This document shows positions 23,267 to 25,267 of a stretch of 25,267 nt of DNA, piece after piece (the first letter of the stretch is position 1; each line of letters begins with the position of its first letter). The notes under the pieces are model-generated. The model was not told the origin of the DNA, did no database searches, and worked only from the letters and a program-made list of their open reading frames with translations. Origin of the DNA: an uncultured Candidatus Saccharibacteria bacterium (GTDB lineage: Bacteria > Patescibacteriota > Minisyncoccia > Minisyncoccales > MHMH01); contig CAYZHR010000001.1 in the NCBI GenBank assembly GCA_964477885.1, forward strand, positions 1 through 25,267, written 5' to 3'. Made by a program: the position numbers and the translations under genes.

Positions 23267-24499
23267 TTATTTTTTAAATTCTTCCGCTATTCTCAATAAA
23301 CGATTGTATTTGGCCACTCGCTCTCCCCGGTTGGGAGCGCCGGCCATTAAAAAACCCGTCCCCAGGCCGACGGCCAGGTCGCTGATGAAAGCATCGTTGG
23401 TCTCGCCGGACCGGTGTTTAACGAAAACTTGCCAGTCGTATTTCAGAGCCAGTTTGGCCGCTTCGATGGTTTCAGAAACAGTGCCGATTTGGTTCGGTTT
23501 TAGAATCAACGCGTTGCACGCTCCCGCTTCCCTGGCTTTTTTAATTCTTTTTAAATTCGTTGCCAGAAGATCGTCGCCAATAATTTTTATTTTATCTCCC
23601 AAACTTTGGTTGATTTCCCGGAAACTCTGCCAGTCTTCCTCTTCGAACGGATCTTCTATCCCCTCAATCGGATATTTCTGGAAAAGCTTTAAGTAGAAAT
23701 CCGCCATGTCCTTCTTCTCCCAGATTTCTCCTTCAAAATAATATTTCCCTTCCTTAAAAAAGGTGCTCGCCGCCATGTCCAAAATAATCTTCACTTTGGG
23801 GCTGCCCGCTTTTTCAACCGCCTTCATCAGTACATCCAAAGCTTCTGTGCTGTCTTGAACGGGCGGTGTAAATCCTCCCTCCAAACCGACGTTAGTGGCC
23901 GATTTGCCGTATTTATCCCTCAAAACCTCCCTTAAAGTATGATAAAGTTCCACTCCCAGGCGCAACTCCTCTTGATAAGAATCAGCTTCCAAAAGCATCA
24001 TAAACTCTTGCGTGTCCAAATCGCCCCGGCCGTGCAGACCTCCCTCGAAATACAGAAGGCAGGGATGAGGCAGAACCGGATTCCTTTTGGCGAGCTTCGA
24101 GAGCCACTGCCAAAGAGCCATGTCTTGTGAAGCGGCTCCGGCACGGGCCACGACCAAAGACACTCCCAAAATGGCGTTGGCGCCAAGTTTGGACTTGTTA
24201 TCCGTTCCGTCAAGTTTAATCATTGTCTCATCTATCGCCCCTTGGTCAGCCGGGTCTTTGCCTTTGAGTTTTGAAGCAATGAGTTGATTAACGTTTTTCA
24301 CGGCCTTACTGATTCCAAAACCGCGGTATTTTGCTCCCCCGTCCCTCAATTCCATTGCTTCGTACTTGCCGGTGGAAGTGCCGGCAGGCACGGCCGCCCG
24401 GAAAATCCCGAGTTCCGTTTCCATATCAACCTCTACGGTCGGGTAACCCCTAGAGTCCAAAATTTCTCTGGCTTTAATTGTTTTAATTTTCGAAGGCAT
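23267..24499 (-). CDS. eno: Enolase (divergent)
   Basis: REILDSRGYPTVE, EAMELRD, KLGANAIL, QEFM, IEDP, GDDL, HRSGET, ERVAKYNRLL. Confidence 0.93.
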   Translation of the reverse strand: MPSKIKTIKAREILDSRGYPTVEVDMETELGIFRAAVPAGTSTGKYEAMELRDGGAKYRGFGISKAVKNVNQLIASKLKGKDPADQGAIDETMIKLDGTDNKSKLGANAILGVSLVVARAGAASQDMALWQWLSKLAKRNPVLPHPCLLYFEGGLHGRGDLDTQEFMMLLEADSYQEELRLGVELYHTLREVLRDKYGKSATNVGLEGGFTPPVQDSTEALDVLMKAVEKAGSPKVKIILDMAASTFFKEGKYYFEGEIWEKKDMADFYLKLFQKYPIEGIEDPFEEEDWQSFREINQSLGDKIKIIGDDLLATNLKRIKKAREAGACNALILKPNQIGTVSETIEAAKLALKYDWQVFVKHRSGETNDAFISDLAVGLGTGFLMAGAPNRGERVAKYNRLLRIAEEFKK

Positions 24500-25034
24500 T
24501 TAATATTTTATTTAAAATTTCAATGGTTGATTGTTGCTCGGCCCACTTTTTAATGTAAGTTAAATCGGGCTTGGCAATTTTCAAAAGCGACCTGATATCT
24601 TCTAATTGTTTTGCTCCTTGGCCTTCTTTATACCAAATTAACTTGCTCAAAATTAAATCTTCGGGCGAAATAAAATTTACTTTTTGGCCATCAACTTTTT
24701 TAACAACCGCTTTCTCAAATCTTTCAAAAGAATATCTCCACATCCAAAAATCTACTTTTAAGCCGGTCTGAGGGTGGATAAAATTGAATTCTCCTTTATT
24801 TTTTAAAGCACCCTTGATTGATTCCTCATTAACATAAACATCCTTATCAATTAATAACAGTTCTCTGGATAACTGGGGAATTTTTTGAGGTAATAGCTCT
24901 ATAACAATATCAATATCGGCCGTAAAACGGGGCTTGGCTAAAACCGCCACTGCAAACCCGCCGGTAATTATATATGGTATCTTAAGATTCTCTAAAATTT
25001 TTGCGATTCTACAAAGAAGCTTCTCGGGAGTCAT
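24483..25034 (-). CDS. Nucleotidyltransferase-fold protein (DUF6036 / MenT-like putative toxin)
   Basis: GGFAVAVLAKPRFTADIDIV (GG...DxD), VDF, PEDLILSKL and QLEDI motifs. Confidence 0.7.
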   Translation of the reverse strand: MTPEKLLCRIAKILENLKIPYIITGGFAVAVLAKPRFTADIDIVIELLPQKIPQLSRELLLIDKDVYVNEESIKGALKNKGEFNFIHPQTGLKVDFWMWRYSFERFEKAVVKKVDGQKVNFISPEDLILSKLIWYKEGQGAKQLEDIRSLLKIAKPDLTYIKKWAEQQSTIEILNKILNAFEN

Positions 25035-25179
25035 TAGATTTTTGCTTTTTTAATTTATCTAATTTTCTACCAAGTAAAAACAACTGGCTGGCAATTTTAA
25101 TTTTTTTATCAGCCGACATTCTCCGATAAATTTCATTCTGTAGTTCTTCTGCTTTTTCGGGGATTATAGCTTGGTTCAT
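25009..25179 (-). CDS. Small helical protein (56 aa, below the ORF-track cutoff), putative antitoxin
   Basis: Hand translation MNQAIIPEKAEELQNEIYRRMSADKKIKIASQLFLLGRKLDKLKKQKSNDSREASL. Its ATG overlaps the upstream stop (ATGA) and its end overlaps the NTase start. Confidence 0.65.
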   Translation of the reverse strand: MNQAIIPEKAEELQNEIYRRMSADKKIKIASQLFLLGRKLDKLKKQKSNDSREASL

Positions 25180-25267
25180 AATTTTCCTAAATAATTAGCT
25201 ACGGCTAAGGCCGCTTTGGCTCCCTCGCCGCAAGCTATGACAATTTGTTTGTAGGGTACGTCGTCAG
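25176..25267 (-). CDS. trxB: C-terminal end of thioredoxin reductase-like FAD oxidoreductase (truncated by window edge)
   Basis: Hand translation DDVPYKQIVIACGEGAKAALAVANYLGKL*. Confidence 0.8.
   Translation of the reverse strand, partial: DDVPYKQIVIACGEGAKAALAVANYLGKL

Noticed and set aside
75-24771. The many antisense or alternate-frame ORFs in the track (e.g. 384-926, 1343-1654, 2695-3372, 3469-3963, 12307-12843, 15385-15789, 23256-23696)
   Set aside because: They overlap well-supported genes, lack recognisable motifs and look like shadow ORFs.
1-25267. Alternative genetic code (UGA = Gly, as in Gracilibacteria/Absconditabacteria)
   Set aside because: TGA ends several genes at their expected C-termini (tsf, pyrH, prfA, ackA, pduL, gap), and long ORFs are intact under code 11.
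1-25267. tRNA or rRNA genes
   Set aside because: No cloverleaf or T-loop signature was seen in the short intergenic regions, and there is no room for rRNA.

Overview
A 25.3 kb window from a small-genome bacterium that looks like Patescibacteria/CPR (Parcubacteria-like). This is inferred from tightly overlapping genes, a short EF-Ts, an archaeal-type UMP kinase, a coiled-coil/SLT murein enzyme, a minimal pilin and few Shine-Dalgarno sites. It holds translation genes (tsf, rpsB, rpmE, prfA, rplY) and a long minus-strand carbon/acetate cluster (eno, gpmA, ROK kinase, gap, acs, pduL, ackA, ppsA, class V FBP aldolase/phosphatase, ferredoxin). That cluster is interrupted by a CsoR-type copper locus, a RAYT (Y1 HUH transposase)-purM segment and a pilin gene. 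A probable MenAT-like toxin-antitoxin pair lies near the right end. The most unusual signals are non-coding. (1) A ~130 bp MITE-like element with 15 bp terminal inverted repeats (CCCCGTTAGAAGTCT) and 4 bp flanking direct repeats occurs three times, always at a translation start/stop junction. One copy splits the reconstructable original start of ppsA and supplies a replacement in-frame ATG; another sits between a leaderless-type promoter and the rpsB start. (2) A RAYT gene carries its own REP-like hairpin upstream, downstream and inside its coding sequence, and a second REP-like motif brackets RAYT+purM in inverted orientation. All calls were made by eye from the sequence and the ORF track; no searches were run.
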